From: an uncultured bacterium
GTDB taxonomy: Bacteria > Chloroflexota > Limnocylindria > QHBO01
Direction: 5' to 3'
NCBI GenBank assembly: GCA_965652075.1
Contig: CBFGTN010000001.1
Location: 64,041 to 128,040 of the forward strand
Length of the DNA stretch: 64,000 nucleotides
Part shown: piece after piece, positions 48,410 through 57,375 of the stretch
How positions within the stretch are numbered: the first letter of the stretch is position 1
Layout of the letters: each line of letters starts with the position of its first letter
Notes under the pieces: generated by a model
Database searches by the model: none
Seen by the model: only the letters and a program-made list of their open reading frames with translations
What the model was told of the DNA's origin: nothing
Program-made: the position numbers and the translations under genes

Positions 48410-48753
48410 GGGGCCTCCTCGGGGTCCTCCACGGGGTCGTCCGACAGGAACGTCGAGCCCTGCCGCTCGACCGATGCCCTCATCGTACGCAGGACGGCGA
48501 GCTTCGCGCCGGCGACCTCGGCGATGAACCGACGCGTGCCCTCCTCGTCGAGCTCCGACCCGGGGGGCGCGCTGTCACGCCCGACGTTCAGCCAGGCCAG
48601 GTGGTAGCGGTCCATGCGGCCCCACACCCGTTCGAGCAGCTTGTCGGACTCGAGCAGCCACGATCGAAACGGATCCCAGGCCGGCCCCTCGACGAGCTGC
48701 TCGCCCGCGCGGATGAGGGCATCCGTCGCATCCAGGAACTCGGTGCGCGACAT
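48406..48753 (-). CDS. Hypothetical protein
   Basis: 115 aa (MSRTEFLDATDALIRAGEQL...). Its stop overlaps the PIG-L start (GTGA). No family recognised. Confidence 0.45.
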   Translation of the reverse strand: MSRTEFLDATDALIRAGEQLVEGPAWDPFRSWLLESDKLLERVWGRMDRYHLAWLNVGRDSAPPGSELDEEGTRRFIAEVAGAKLAVLRTMRASVERQGSTFLSDDPVEDPEEAP

Positions 48754-48846
48754 GACCGCGCGCGGTCGCTCCGTCACGAGGGCAGCGTAGAGGAACGAGG
48801 CGTTCGTACCATGGTCCCTGCCGTTGCGCGCAGGCACACTCCTGCC

Positions 48847-50496
48847 ATGGATCGCCCTGCCCCACCGAGACGGTGGGTCGAGGTCGCGCTCGCGCTGGGC
48901 ATTGCCGCAATTCCTGCGGCTTTGGCGGTCGCGGTCAGCCTGCTCCCGCCGATTGACCTCGGCGCATCGGCGGTGCCGTGGCTTCCCTCCGCCGCGCTCG
49001 CCGCCGTCGCCGTCACAGCGGCCGCGGCGGCCGTCGCCGCCCTCGTTCCTGCACTCCGGACCGCCGCGGTCGACCGCCTGCTCGAGGCAGGGGCATCTGC
49101 CGCGATCGCCGGCGGAGCCGTCGTCGCGCTCACCGGTGCCGAGTCCCTCGCCCCATCCGTCTTCGCGGCGGCCGGGTCGCTCGCGGCCGCGTCGTTCGCG
49201 TCCGGCCGCACGATCGCCGGCGGGCCTCGGCGCCTGATGGGTGCGGCGATCGCCGTCATGGCGGTCGCCGAGGCGGTCGCCCTGCTGAGCGTCCTTCCCG
49301 CCACGAGCGCGCTCGTCGACCGTGCGGCCCCGGCTCTCCTCGCCGTGGCAGCGGTGGCCGCCATTCTCGCGGCCGTGCAGGGAGCCGGTGTCCGCTCCAC
49401 GAGCGCGGCGCTGCTCGCGGCGGGCGCCATCGGGCTCGTCGTCGACGACGAAGGCTCGTTGCCGATGCTCGTCGCCCTCGCGTCGCTTGCCGCCGGGCAG
49501 CTCGTCGCGCTTGCGGCCGCGCTGCAGCCGACGCCCGCGGACGACGAGGCGCGGCTGCCGGAGCTCGCGGAGCGCCTGGCCGAGGCGGTCCTTCGCTTCG
49601 ACGGACACCTCCGGCTGCGCGAGTGGAACCGGGCCGCCGCCGCGCTGATCGGCCTCGACGCCACGTCGGTGGGGACGAGGATCGACGACCTGCTCGGCGT
49701 CTCCGTCGCGGACCTGCCCAGCGGCGACGCGATCAGCGTCTCGCGCGGCGCCGTCGGTGGGCTCGAGGTCGCGATGCATCGGTCCGCGGGAGGCCTCGTC
49801 GCGGTCGTCCGCGACGGTGGTGGAACGCCCGAGGTCGAGCGCCTCGCCGACGAGCTGCGCACGACGATCGAGGAGCTGCTTCGGGCGCGCCGAACGATCG
49901 ACCTGCAGCGGGGTGAGCTCGAGCGCTCGGCGACGGTCGACCCGCTCACGGGGGTCGCCAGCCGCGGGGCGATCCTCGAGCGTCTGCGAATCGAGGTGGC
50001 CCAGGCCCGACGCTACCGCCACCCCCTGGCGGTCGTGCTCCTCGACGTCGACGGCTTCGGCGAGGTCAACGAGGCGTACGGGATCGCGGGAGGCGACGCG
50101 GTGCTGCGCGAGGTCGCCCTCCGCTTCCGGCTGCGCGTGCGGGAGGCGGATGCCCTCGGGCGGTCGGGCAGCGACGGCTTCCTGGCGGCGCTCCCGCACA
50201 CCGACGAGTCCGGCGCCGCAACGTTCGCGGACGCGCTGCGCATCCGGCTCGGGCTGCGGCCGGTGCGCGTCGGCGATTCGGACCTGAAGGTCACGGTGAG
50301 CATCGGTGTGGCGACGATGCGTCCCGGCGAGGATCTCGACGTCGACGGGCTCCTGGCGCGGGTGCAGGAGGCGCTGGACAGCGCTCGCGGCGCGGGCGGC
50401 AACCGGATCGCCCTCGACCGGCTGCACGGCTTCGCGAGGCTCGACGGCAGGCCCCAGGAGGAGCCGTTCACTGACGAGGGCGAAGCGGCCGAGTAA
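48847..50496 (+). CDS. Membrane-bound PAS-GGDEF protein with a degenerate active site
   Basis: Start at MDRPAPP. Ala-rich polytopic N-terminus, a PAS-like segment (VLRFDGHLRLREWNRAAAALIGL), then a GGDEF domain (DPLTGVASRGA...LLDVDGFGEVNEAYGIAGGD). GSDGF replaces GGDEF, and READ (RxxD) lies 5 residues upstream. Confidence 0.8.
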   Translation: MDRPAPPRRWVEVALALGIAAIPAALAVAVSLLPPIDLGASAVPWLPSAALAAVAVTAAAAAVAALVPALRTAAVDRLLEAGASAAIAGGAVVALTGAESLAPSVFAAAGSLAAASFASGRTIAGGPRRLMGAAIAVMAVAEAVALLSVLPATSALVDRAAPALLAVAAVAAILAAVQGAGVRSTSAALLAAGAIGLVVDDEGSLPMLVALASLAAGQLVALAAALQPTPADDEARLPELAERLAEAVLRFDGHLRLREWNRAAAALIGLDATSVGTRIDDLLGVSVADLPSGDAISVSRGAVGGLEVAMHRSAGGLVAVVRDGGGTPEVERLADELRTTIEELLRARRTIDLQRGELERSATVDPLTGVASRGAILERLRIEVAQARRYRHPLAVVLLDVDGFGEVNEAYGIAGGDAVLREVALRFRLRVREADALGRSGSDGFLAALPHTDESGAATFADALRIRLGLRPVRVGDSDLKVTVSIGVATMRPGEDLDVDGLLARVQEALDSARGAGGNRIALDRLHGFARLDGRPQEEPFTDEGEAAE

Positions 50497-50522
50497 GCCG
50501 AAGCTCGGCGCAGTTCACAGAC

Positions 50523-50619
50523 CGGTCCGGAATTCACACGAGCGACGCTCCTGTGAACCCGTGCGTCATGGATCGGTCAGGACTTCACCGATTCGGAGCT
50601 CCGGTGAATCCGTGCGTCA
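50523..50619. repeat. Two tandem 46-nt hairpin-containing units, same family as 32684-32804
   Basis: Unit A is 50523-50568 and unit B 50574-50619, with a 51-nt period. A and B are 35/46 identical. B is 41/46 identical to 32759-32804. Each unit carries TTCACN...NGTGAA inverted repeats and ends in CGTGCGTCA. Confidence 0.85.
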
Positions 50620-50716
50620 AACGCGAACCACTTCGTCGTTCGCTTGACCGCGTATGACACACACCGTCGCACTGGCGGCAACGCGAGCACGTTTGGGCGG
50701 CCCGGTCCGCATCGGC

Positions 50717-50759
50717 TTATCCACAGTTGTCATACAATTGTGGGCAGGATTGTGGATAA
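50717..50759. promoter_or_regulatory. Inverted pair of perfect DnaA-box consensus sequences (plus one degenerate box) over a putative thyX promoter
   Basis: TTATCCACA at 50717-50725 and TGTGGATAA at 50751-50759, with TGTGGGCA at 50739-50746. A TACAAT hexamer lies at 50733-50738. The stretch is locally AT-rich and ends about 45 nt upstream of the thyX ATG. Confidence 0.45.
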
Positions 50760-50803
50760 CCCCGTAGCCAGGCCAGCGGTGCGCTGGCACCGTTGAGGCG
50801 CTC

Positions 50804-51745
50804 ATGCCGTCGACCTCCTCCGACCTCTCCGCCAAGCTCATCTTCCCCACCAAGGAGATCGTGGAGGAGTACTACCTCCCGATCATCTACACCGCGTGCC
50901 GCACCTGCTACTCGGAGCTCGTTCCGGACCGCATCTGGGACAAGGCGGTCAGCCGCGAGGTCGCCGACGAGAAGCAGCAGAGCCTCGTGCGCAAGGTCAT
51001 GGAGTCGGGCCATGGCTCGACGATCGAGCACGTGAACTTCACGTTCGCGATCAGCGGCGTCACCCGCACCCTGTCGCACCAGCTCGTCAGGCACCGCGCC
51101 GGCACGGCGTTCGACCAGCAGTCGCAGCGCTACGTCAGCTTCAAGAAGCGCGACAACTACACGATTCCCGAGAGCATCGCCGACGGCGACCTGCCCGACG
51201 ACCTGGCGGGGCGCTTCCAGCGGGCGATCGACGACAACCTCGAGCTCTACGGCCAGCTGCTGCAGGCGGAGGTGCCCGCCGAGGACGCGCGGTTCATCTT
51301 CCCGAACGCGATGCAGACGAACCTGATCATGACGGTCAACCTGCGCCAGCTCATCCACATGTCGGGGCTCAGGCTGTGCACGATGGCGCAGTGGGAGATC
51401 CGCCAGCTGTTCAAGCAGATTCGCCACGAGATCTTCCGCGTCAGCCCGTTCTTCGGCTCGTTCCTCGTCCCGAAGTGCGTGCCGCTCGGCTACTGCGACG
51501 AGATGGGCAACCGCGACGAGCACTGCCGGATCAAGCCGCATCGCGACACGGTGATGGCGGTCTGGGACGCCTACCGGTCGGGCTCGCTGGAGGAGACCGA
51601 TGGGCCGGTCGTCCCCGAGTCCAGCCCCTTCCGACCCAAGGCGCGCCGCGTGCCCCTGCCGGTCGTGGAGGGTGAGGTGCGACCCGCCGCGTCGGAGCTG
51701 CTCGGCGCCGCGGTCGGGCAGGCCGCCGACTCGGACCGCGTCTGA
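50804..51745 (+). CDS. thyX: FAD-dependent thymidylate synthase with a C-terminal extension
   Basis: ThyX signature RHRAGTAFDQQSQRY. 313 aa, longer than the roughly 200-250 aa typical of ThyX. Confidence 0.9.
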   Translation: MPSTSSDLSAKLIFPTKEIVEEYYLPIIYTACRTCYSELVPDRIWDKAVSREVADEKQQSLVRKVMESGHGSTIEHVNFTFAISGVTRTLSHQLVRHRAGTAFDQQSQRYVSFKKRDNYTIPESIADGDLPDDLAGRFQRAIDDNLELYGQLLQAEVPAEDARFIFPNAMQTNLIMTVNLRQLIHMSGLRLCTMAQWEIRQLFKQIRHEIFRVSPFFGSFLVPKCVPLGYCDEMGNRDEHCRIKPHRDTVMAVWDAYRSGSLEETDGPVVPESSPFRPKARRVPLPVVEGEVRPAASELLGAAVGQAADSDRV

Positions 51746-51869
51746 TGGCTTCGGGCCGCGATGCCCGACTGCCTTGAAGCTGCCTCTCTCAATCGACAAC
51801 GAGCGACCGGACCGACCGACATGCATCCGCGCCGCTTGACGCAGCCTCAACGAGCCGGAACGGACCTCG

Positions 51870-52352
51870 TTACCAGTCGGGCGAGACGCCGTCGCCGAGG
51901 GTGAAGCGGCGGAGCTCCTCCGCGCAGGCATCGGCCAGGCGCCGGCCCTCGTTCACGAGGAACGAGCTCATCTTCGTCGAGTCGATGATCAGCAGCGTGT
52001 GCCCGCGCTCGTTGCGGTCGAGGACGAGCCGGTCGTCGCCGTGGAAGCTGATCGCCCAGTTCGCCTGGAGCTGGACCAGCTCGGCGAGCACGACCTTCTC
52101 GGCGAAGTACCAGTCGAGGAACTCGGCGTTCAGTGCGGCGACCACGTCGCGCAGCTGGAGCGTCTCGTTGCGGCGCAGGCGCGAGACGAAGTGGACGATG
52201 CGCAGCGAGGCGAACGGGTCCCCGGCTCGCGCGATCTGCGGTGGCACCAGGGTCGGTTCGGGCATGCCGTCGGGCGCCGGCCCGACGAGCGGTGTCGCGA
52301 TCGGCTGGGTCATGCGGGATCGAGTATCGGTCGAGCTGGTCGCCGCCGGCAA
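51870..52352 (-). CDS. Hypothetical protein
   Basis: 160 aa (an alternative start, MTQPIATP, lies at 52313). Non-repetitive composition, no family recognised. Confidence 0.45.
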   Translation of the reverse strand: MPAATSSTDTRSRMTQPIATPLVGPAPDGMPEPTLVPPQIARAGDPFASLRIVHFVSRLRRNETLQLRDVVAALNAEFLDWYFAEKVVLAELVQLQANWAISFHGDDRLVLDRNERGHTLLIIDSTKMSSFLVNEGRRLADACAEELRRFTLGDGVSPDW

Positions 52353-52361
52353 CCGGCGCGC

Positions 52362-52697
52362 TCAGCCGATGCGCAGGCCATCGGGCGACGCCGGATCCGG
52401 CCGGAGCAGGAAGACGTCGCCGTCGTCGCCCATCGCACCGAGGACGAGGACCTCGCTCGAGAAGCCGGCGATTCGTCGTGGCGGGAAGTTCAGGACCGCC
52501 ACCACCTGGCGGCCGACGAGGGCCTCGCGGTCCGGATAGGTCACGGTGAGCTGGGCCGAGCTGACCCGCTCTCCCACCTCGGGTCCGAAGTCGATCCGCA
52601 GACGGTAGGAGGGCTTGCGCGCCTCCGGAAACGGCTCGGCGGCAGTGACGCGCCCGACCCGCATCTCGACGCGCTCGAAGTGCTCGAGGTCGATCAT
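52362..52697 (-). CDS. csaA: tRNA-binding protein (CsaA / EMAP-domain)
   Basis: Start at MIDLEHF (52697). VGRVTAAEPFPEARKPSYRLRIDFG...QVVAVLNFPPRRIAGFSSEVLVLG is the typical CsaA OB fold. Confidence 0.85.
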   Translation of the reverse strand: MIDLEHFERVEMRVGRVTAAEPFPEARKPSYRLRIDFGPEVGERVSSAQLTVTYPDREALVGRQVVAVLNFPPRRIAGFSSEVLVLGAMGDDGDVFLLRPDPASPDGLRIG

Positions 52698-52806
52698 CGG
52701 CGCAGGGTACCGGAGTGGGGCGCGACCGGTGCGGCGGCGCACTGGGCCTGCGCTGGGACTATCGAACCAGTGCCCGGGAGCGAGGCCGCCGCGTACGGTT
52801 CGACCG

Positions 52807-53430
52807 ATGGCCCCGGGCTGCCCGGGGGCCACGCCCGACGCAGGAGGCGACGTGACGTTCTGGAACTGGCGCCGAGGACCCGGCCCCGCGGCGACCCACG
52901 GCTCCGTCGCGATGGCGGCCTCGCCGGACCTCGCGCCGATCGAGCTCTACACCGCGGACACGCGGATCGTCGGCTGGATCGCGCCGCACGGGCAGCGCGT
53001 CACCGATCTGCTCGCCACCCGCGACGAGCTGCGGCTCTGGCGTCCGAGCCCCGGCCCGCTCGACGAGACGGACCTGCCCACGGACACGGACCTGGCGGCC
53101 GCGACCGAGAACGGCGAGTGGGAGAGCCTCGCGACCGCGCGCGTCGTCCTGGCGATGCCGCCCGAGTGGCGGGCGAGCCGGCAGCTGCGCCTGCACAAGC
53201 GCCTTCGCCGCGCGGCCCTGGCGGCCGGCGCGTTCAGCGTGACCGGCAACATCCATCTGCAGCCCGGGATGCAGGTCGGCCCGCACCTGCTGCGCAGCTC
53301 GAGCTTCCTGCCGCTCACCGATGCATACCTGCTGCACACGGGGGAGCCATCGTTCGAGCACGTCGTCAGCGTCGCGATCATCAATACCGCGCACGTGTCG
53401 GAGATCGTGCCACTCGTCACGCTCGCCTGA
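52807..53430 (+). CDS. Hypothetical protein
   Basis: Start uncertain (ATG 52807, GTG 52851, or a later ATG). Non-repetitive composition, no family recognised. Confidence 0.4.
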   Translation: MAPGCPGATPDAGGDVTFWNWRRGPGPAATHGSVAMAASPDLAPIELYTADTRIVGWIAPHGQRVTDLLATRDELRLWRPSPGPLDETDLPTDTDLAAATENGEWESLATARVVLAMPPEWRASRQLRLHKRLRRAALAAGAFSVTGNIHLQPGMQVGPHLLRSSSFLPLTDAYLLHTGEPSFEHVVSVAIINTAHVSEIVPLVTLA

Positions 53431-53454
53431 TCGCCCGGCGATAATCGGCGGCGG

Positions 53455-55053
53455 ATGGCCGTCCTGCGAACCACGATCGATCCCGACGCGCCCGAGTCGC
53501 GCGCCAACGCCGACGCGATGCGACGCCTCGTCGACGACCTGCGAGCGCGGACCGATGACCTCGTCGGCAACGGCGCGGGTGGCGACGAGCGGGCGATCGC
53601 GCGCCACCGCGAGCGTGGGAAGCTGCCGGTCCGCGAGCGGGTCGATCGGCTCATCGACCCGGGCAGCGCCTTCCTCGAGCTGAACGCGCTCGCGGCCAAC
53701 GGCCTCTACGACGACGAGGCGCCGGGCGCCGGGATCGTGACCGGCATCGGCCGGGTCGAGGGCATCGAGTGCGTGATCGTCGCAAACGACGCGACGGTGA
53801 AGGGCGGCACGTACTACCCGATGACCGTCAAGAAGCACCTGCGCGCCCAGGAGATCGCGCTCGAGAACGGGCTGCCGTGCCTCTACCTCGTCGACTCGGG
53901 CGGTGCCTTCCTGCCGCTGCAGGACGAGGTCTTCCCCGATCGCGAGCACTTCGGCCGGATCTTCTACAACCAGGCCCAGCTCTCCGCCCGACGGATCCCG
54001 CAGGTCGCGCTCGTCATGGGCTCGTGCACCGCCGGCGGCGCCTACGTGCCGGCGATGAGCGACGAGACCGTCATCGTCCGCGGCACCGGCACGATCTTCC
54101 TGGGAGGCCCGCCGCTCGTGAAGGCGGCGACCGGGGAGGAGGTCAGCGCCGAGGAGCTCGGCGGCGCCGAGGTCCATACGGTGCAGTCCGGCGTCGCGGA
54201 CCATTACGCCCTCGACGACGAGCACGCCCTCGCCATCGGCCGGCAGATCGTCCGCAACCTCGCTCGCCGCAAGCCCGATCCGCCGTGGGAGGTCAGCGAG
54301 GCGTGCGAGCCAGGGGTCTCGGCGGAGGGCCTGTACGGGGTCATTCCCGCCGACGCGCGGCAGTCGTACGACGTCCGCGAGGTGATCGCCCGGATCGTCG
54401 ACGGCAGCGACTTCCACGAGTTCAAGGCTCGCTATGGCGAGACGCTCGTCACCGGCTTCGCGCGGATCATGGGCTATCCGGTCGGGATCCTCGCCAACAA
54501 CGGCATCCTGTTCAGCCAGTCGGCGCTGAAGGGAGCGCACTTCGTGGAGCTGGCGAGCCAGCGACGGATCCCGCTCGTCTTCCTGCAGAACATCACCGGC
54601 TTCATGGTCGGGCGCGAGTACGAGGCCGGCGGCATCGCTCGCGACGGCGCGAAGCTCGTCACTGCGGTGAGCACGACGAACGTGCCGAAGTTCACGGTCA
54701 TCGTCGGCGGCAGCTTCGGCGCGGGGAACTACGGGATGGCCGGACGCGCCTATCAGCCTCGGCAGCTGTGGATGTGGCCGAACGCGCGAATCAGCGTCAT
54801 GGGCGGCGCCCAGGCGGCCCGCGTCCTGTCGACGGTCCGCGGCGACTTCGAGACCGATGCGGAGCGCGACGCGTTCGAGGCGCCGATCCTGGAGAAGTAC
54901 GAGCTCGAAGGCTCGCCCTACCACTCGACGGCGCGGCTGTGGGATGACGGCGTGATCGACCCGATGGACACGCGCCGCGTGCTCGCGCTCGGCATCAGCG
55001 CGGCGCTGAACGTGGCGATCCCGGAGCCGGGGTTCAGCCTGTATCGGATGTAG
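53455..55053 (+). CDS. Methylcrotonyl-CoA carboxylase beta subunit (carboxyltransferase)
   Basis: [30 protein letters not shown], and full-length acyl-CoA carboxyltransferase of the MccB/LiuB type. Confidence 0.9.
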   Translation: MAVLRTTIDPDAPESRANADAMRRLVDDLRARTDDLVGNGAGGDERAIARHRERGKLPVRERVDRLIDPGSAFLELNALAANGLYDDEAPGAGIVTGIGRVEGIECVIVANDATVKGGTYYPMTVKKHLRAQEIALENGLPCLYLVDSGGAFLPLQDEVFPDREHFGRIFYNQAQLSARRIPQVALVMGSCTAGGAYVPAMSDETVIVRGTGTIFLGGPPLVKAATGEEVSAEELGGAEVHTVQSGVADHYALDDEHALAIGRQIVRNLARRKPDPPWEVSEACEPGVSAEGLYGVIPADARQSYDVREVIARIVDGSDFHEFKARYGETLVTGFARIMGYPVGILANNGILFSQSALKGAHFVELASQRRIPLVFLQNITGFMVGREYEAGGIARDGAKLVTAVSTTNVPKFTVIVGGSFGAGNYGMAGRAYQPRQLWMWPNARISVMGGAQAARVLSTVRGDFETDAERDAFEAPILEKYELEGSPYHSTARLWDDGVIDPMDTRRVLALGISAALNVAIPEPGFSLYRM

Positions 55054-55087
55054 TCGGCTTCGGCATCGGTTCTGCGGAGCGGACGGC

Positions 55088-55726
55088 ATGCATGTCTGGA
55101 GCGAGCGCCCGCTCATGCGGGCAGGCGAAATCGTCGCCGACGTGGCAACCGTCGTCTGGCTGACGTTCTGGATCGCGCTCGGTGTCCGGCTGTACGGCCT
55201 GCTGGCAAACCTCGCCGAGTCGGGTCGCTTCGTGCGTGACGGCGGCGAGCGCATCGCCGGCGCGGGCGAGTCGATCGGCTCGGCCGTCGAGGGCGTCCCG
55301 CTCATCGGCCAGGGCGCAGCCGACGGGATCCGTGGCGCGATGGCGGCCGCGGGCGACCCGCTCGTGGTCTTCGGCACCGACCTCGAACGCGTCCTGATCA
55401 TCATCGCCGCCGTGCTTGGCGGGCTCCTGATCGCGGTCGCCGTCATCCCGTGGCTGAACCGCTATCTGCCGTGGCGGGTCGCGCGATGGCGCCGGCTGAA
55501 CGCCGCCGCTCGCGTCATCCGCGGATCGCGGAGGGCCCGTCGCGAGCCGATCCCCGACGCGACCGTCGAGCAGGTGCTCGCCTCGCGAGCGATCCATCGG
55601 CTCGAATACGACGAGCTCCTCGAGTTCTCGCCGGACCCATTCGGCGACTGGGTCAGCGGGCGCCACGACCGCCTGGCGATGGCCGAGCTCGACCGCGTCG
55701 GCCTTCGCTCGGTGGCCTCGCCCTGA
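55088..55726 (+). CDS. Hypothetical membrane protein
   Basis: 212 aa with two clear TM helices. No family recognised. Confidence 0.5.
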   Translation: MHVWSERPLMRAGEIVADVATVVWLTFWIALGVRLYGLLANLAESGRFVRDGGERIAGAGESIGSAVEGVPLIGQGAADGIRGAMAAAGDPLVVFGTDLERVLIIIAAVLGGLLIAVAVIPWLNRYLPWRVARWRRLNAAARVIRGSRRARREPIPDATVEQVLASRAIHRLEYDELLEFSPDPFGDWVSGRHDRLAMAELDRVGLRSVASP

Positions 55727-55729
55727 GGC

Positions 55730-56521
55730 TCAGCGGCCCTCCGCGGGGCGGGCGTTGACCGCTGCGGGCTCGACGACGAAGCGGACGCCGAGGGCTTCGA
55801 CGCTCCGGCGCGCGTCGACGTCCGCTGTGAGGTGCACAACGGCCGCTGCGGGCTGGTCGTGGGCGGGAACCAGCCGGATCACGTGGGGCCCGACGTCGGT
55901 GACCGCGAGGTCCCCCACTGCCCGGACGTCCAGCTGCAGCTCGTCGTGCAGGGTTGCCGCGCGGAGCACGGGTTCCTCGACTCGGACGTCGAGGCCGTGC
56001 AGGCGCACGGGCGAGCCGATCGGATGCGTGAGGCGAGCGCGCTCCTCGAGCGCCTCGGCACCCCACTCCGCGCCGACGTAGGCATGCTGGATGAGGAACG
56101 GGACGGCATCCGGCCGGAGCGGACCAGCTGGGAAGCTCGTCCACCACTCGACGAGCTCGCCGTCCTCGCGCGTGCGCGACCCGTGAACGCGCGGCCCGAA
56201 CGACGACCCCGTCGCTCGGAGGCCGAGCACCGTCGCATCCAGGTCGTCGACAAGCAGCGCGTACGTCGACAGGCCGCCGCCGGCTTCGAGCGTCCGCACC
56301 GCGGCCGCATTCACCGGCGATCGACTCGCGAGGTCGGCGTCGTCGATACCGATGAGCTCGAGATAGCTCCCGTCCGCCAGCCAGGCGATGCGGTTCCAGG
56401 AGCCGCGACCGGCATGACGCCCGCCCCCTCTGGCCGCCAGCCCGAGCTCCGACTCGAGCAGCGTGGCCGCCTCGTCCGGGTCCGGGCAGGCGATGACGAG
56501 GTGGTCGATGGCTCGGATCAT
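55730..56521 (-). CDS. VOC-superfamily (glyoxalase-like domain) protein
   Basis: MIRAIDHLVIACPDPDEAATLL...NRIAWLADGSYLELIG is typical of the Glyoxalase_3-like family. Confidence 0.75.
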   Translation of the reverse strand: MIRAIDHLVIACPDPDEAATLLESELGLAARGGGRHAGRGSWNRIAWLADGSYLELIGIDDADLASRSPVNAAAVRTLEAGGGLSTYALLVDDLDATVLGLRATGSSFGPRVHGSRTREDGELVEWWTSFPAGPLRPDAVPFLIQHAYVGAEWGAEALEERARLTHPIGSPVRLHGLDVRVEEPVLRAATLHDELQLDVRAVGDLAVTDVGPHVIRLVPAHDQPAAAVVHLTADVDARRSVEALGVRFVVEPAAVNARPAEGR

Positions 56522-56562
56522 GGTCAGGATCGTACGCGGGTTGGGGTAGGCTCATCGAACCG

Positions 56563-57375
56563 ATGACCGACGCCCCAGAACGCCCAGCACCCGGCTCTCA
56601 CGATCGGTCGGTGCCGTCCGGCTCGCTCGAGGAAAGCGCCGCGAATCTCTTCGACGCGATGCTCGCCGCGCGTGACGCGGAGGAGCGTGGCGAGCGCGGA
56701 CCACTGGACGCGTTCTATCGGACGCTGATGAGCGGGACGCTCTTCCTGCCCGTCCCGCCGGAGCATGGCGATGAGGCGAAGAGCGCGCTGGCCTCGGCAG
56801 TGAACGACGACGAGCAGGTCGAGATCAGCGTGATGCTCGCGCGCGAGGCCGGCGGCGAGACCGTGAGCGTCGTGTTCGGCTCCTTCGCGGCGCTCGCCGC
56901 GTGGGCGCCCAGCGGCAGCGGCAACCTGCCCCTCCCGGCGCGGATCGCGATCGCGAACCTCGCCGCCGCCGGCCTGCCGGCGATCATGGATCCCGCCGGC
57001 CCGGTGCCGTACCGCTTCGAGACCGACGAGCTCGCCGCGCTGGCCGACGGGCGCCTGCCCGGCACCGGTGCGCCGCTGTTCGAGGCGACGACCCGGTCGT
57101 CGATCCGGGTCCTCCTGCCCGGCAGCGACACGCGCGAGCTGGAGCAACGGCTTGCCGTCGACCTGCGCCCGACCACTGTCGACGCCGCGTACCTCGTCGA
57201 AACCGACGCCGGCGACGGCGGCCGCCGGCTCATGCTCGGGCTCGTCGGCGAGCCCGGCACCTCGGCCACGGTCGACGTGCCCGACGGCACGGACGTGGTC
57301 TGGCTCGAGGAGCCGCTCCTCGCACAGGTGCGTGCGGTCGCCGAGCCGTTCCACCGACGAGGACGCGGCCGGTGA
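56563..57375 (+). CDS. SseB-family protein
   Basis: FYRTLMSGTLFLPVP...VVFGSFAALAAW resembles the SseB N-terminal domain. Tentative. Confidence 0.65.
   Translation: MTDAPERPAPGSHDRSVPSGSLEESAANLFDAMLAARDAEERGERGPLDAFYRTLMSGTLFLPVPPEHGDEAKSALASAVNDDEQVEISVMLAREAGGETVSVVFGSFAALAAWAPSGSGNLPLPARIAIANLAAAGLPAIMDPAGPVPYRFETDELAALADGRLPGTGAPLFEATTRSSIRVLLPGSDTRELEQRLAVDLRPTTVDAAYLVETDAGDGGRRLMLGLVGEPGTSATVDVPDGTDVVWLEEPLLAQVRAVAEPFHRRGRGR

Noticed and set aside
50497-50803. Chromosomal replication origin (DnaA boxes plus tandem repeats plus an AT-rich patch).
   Set aside because: There are only two perfect boxes and one partial box, no dnaA/dnaN/rpmH neighbourhood and no long AT-rich unwinding element. 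The same tandem repeat occurs at 32.7 kb without DnaA boxes. I kept it as a possible regulatory site instead.
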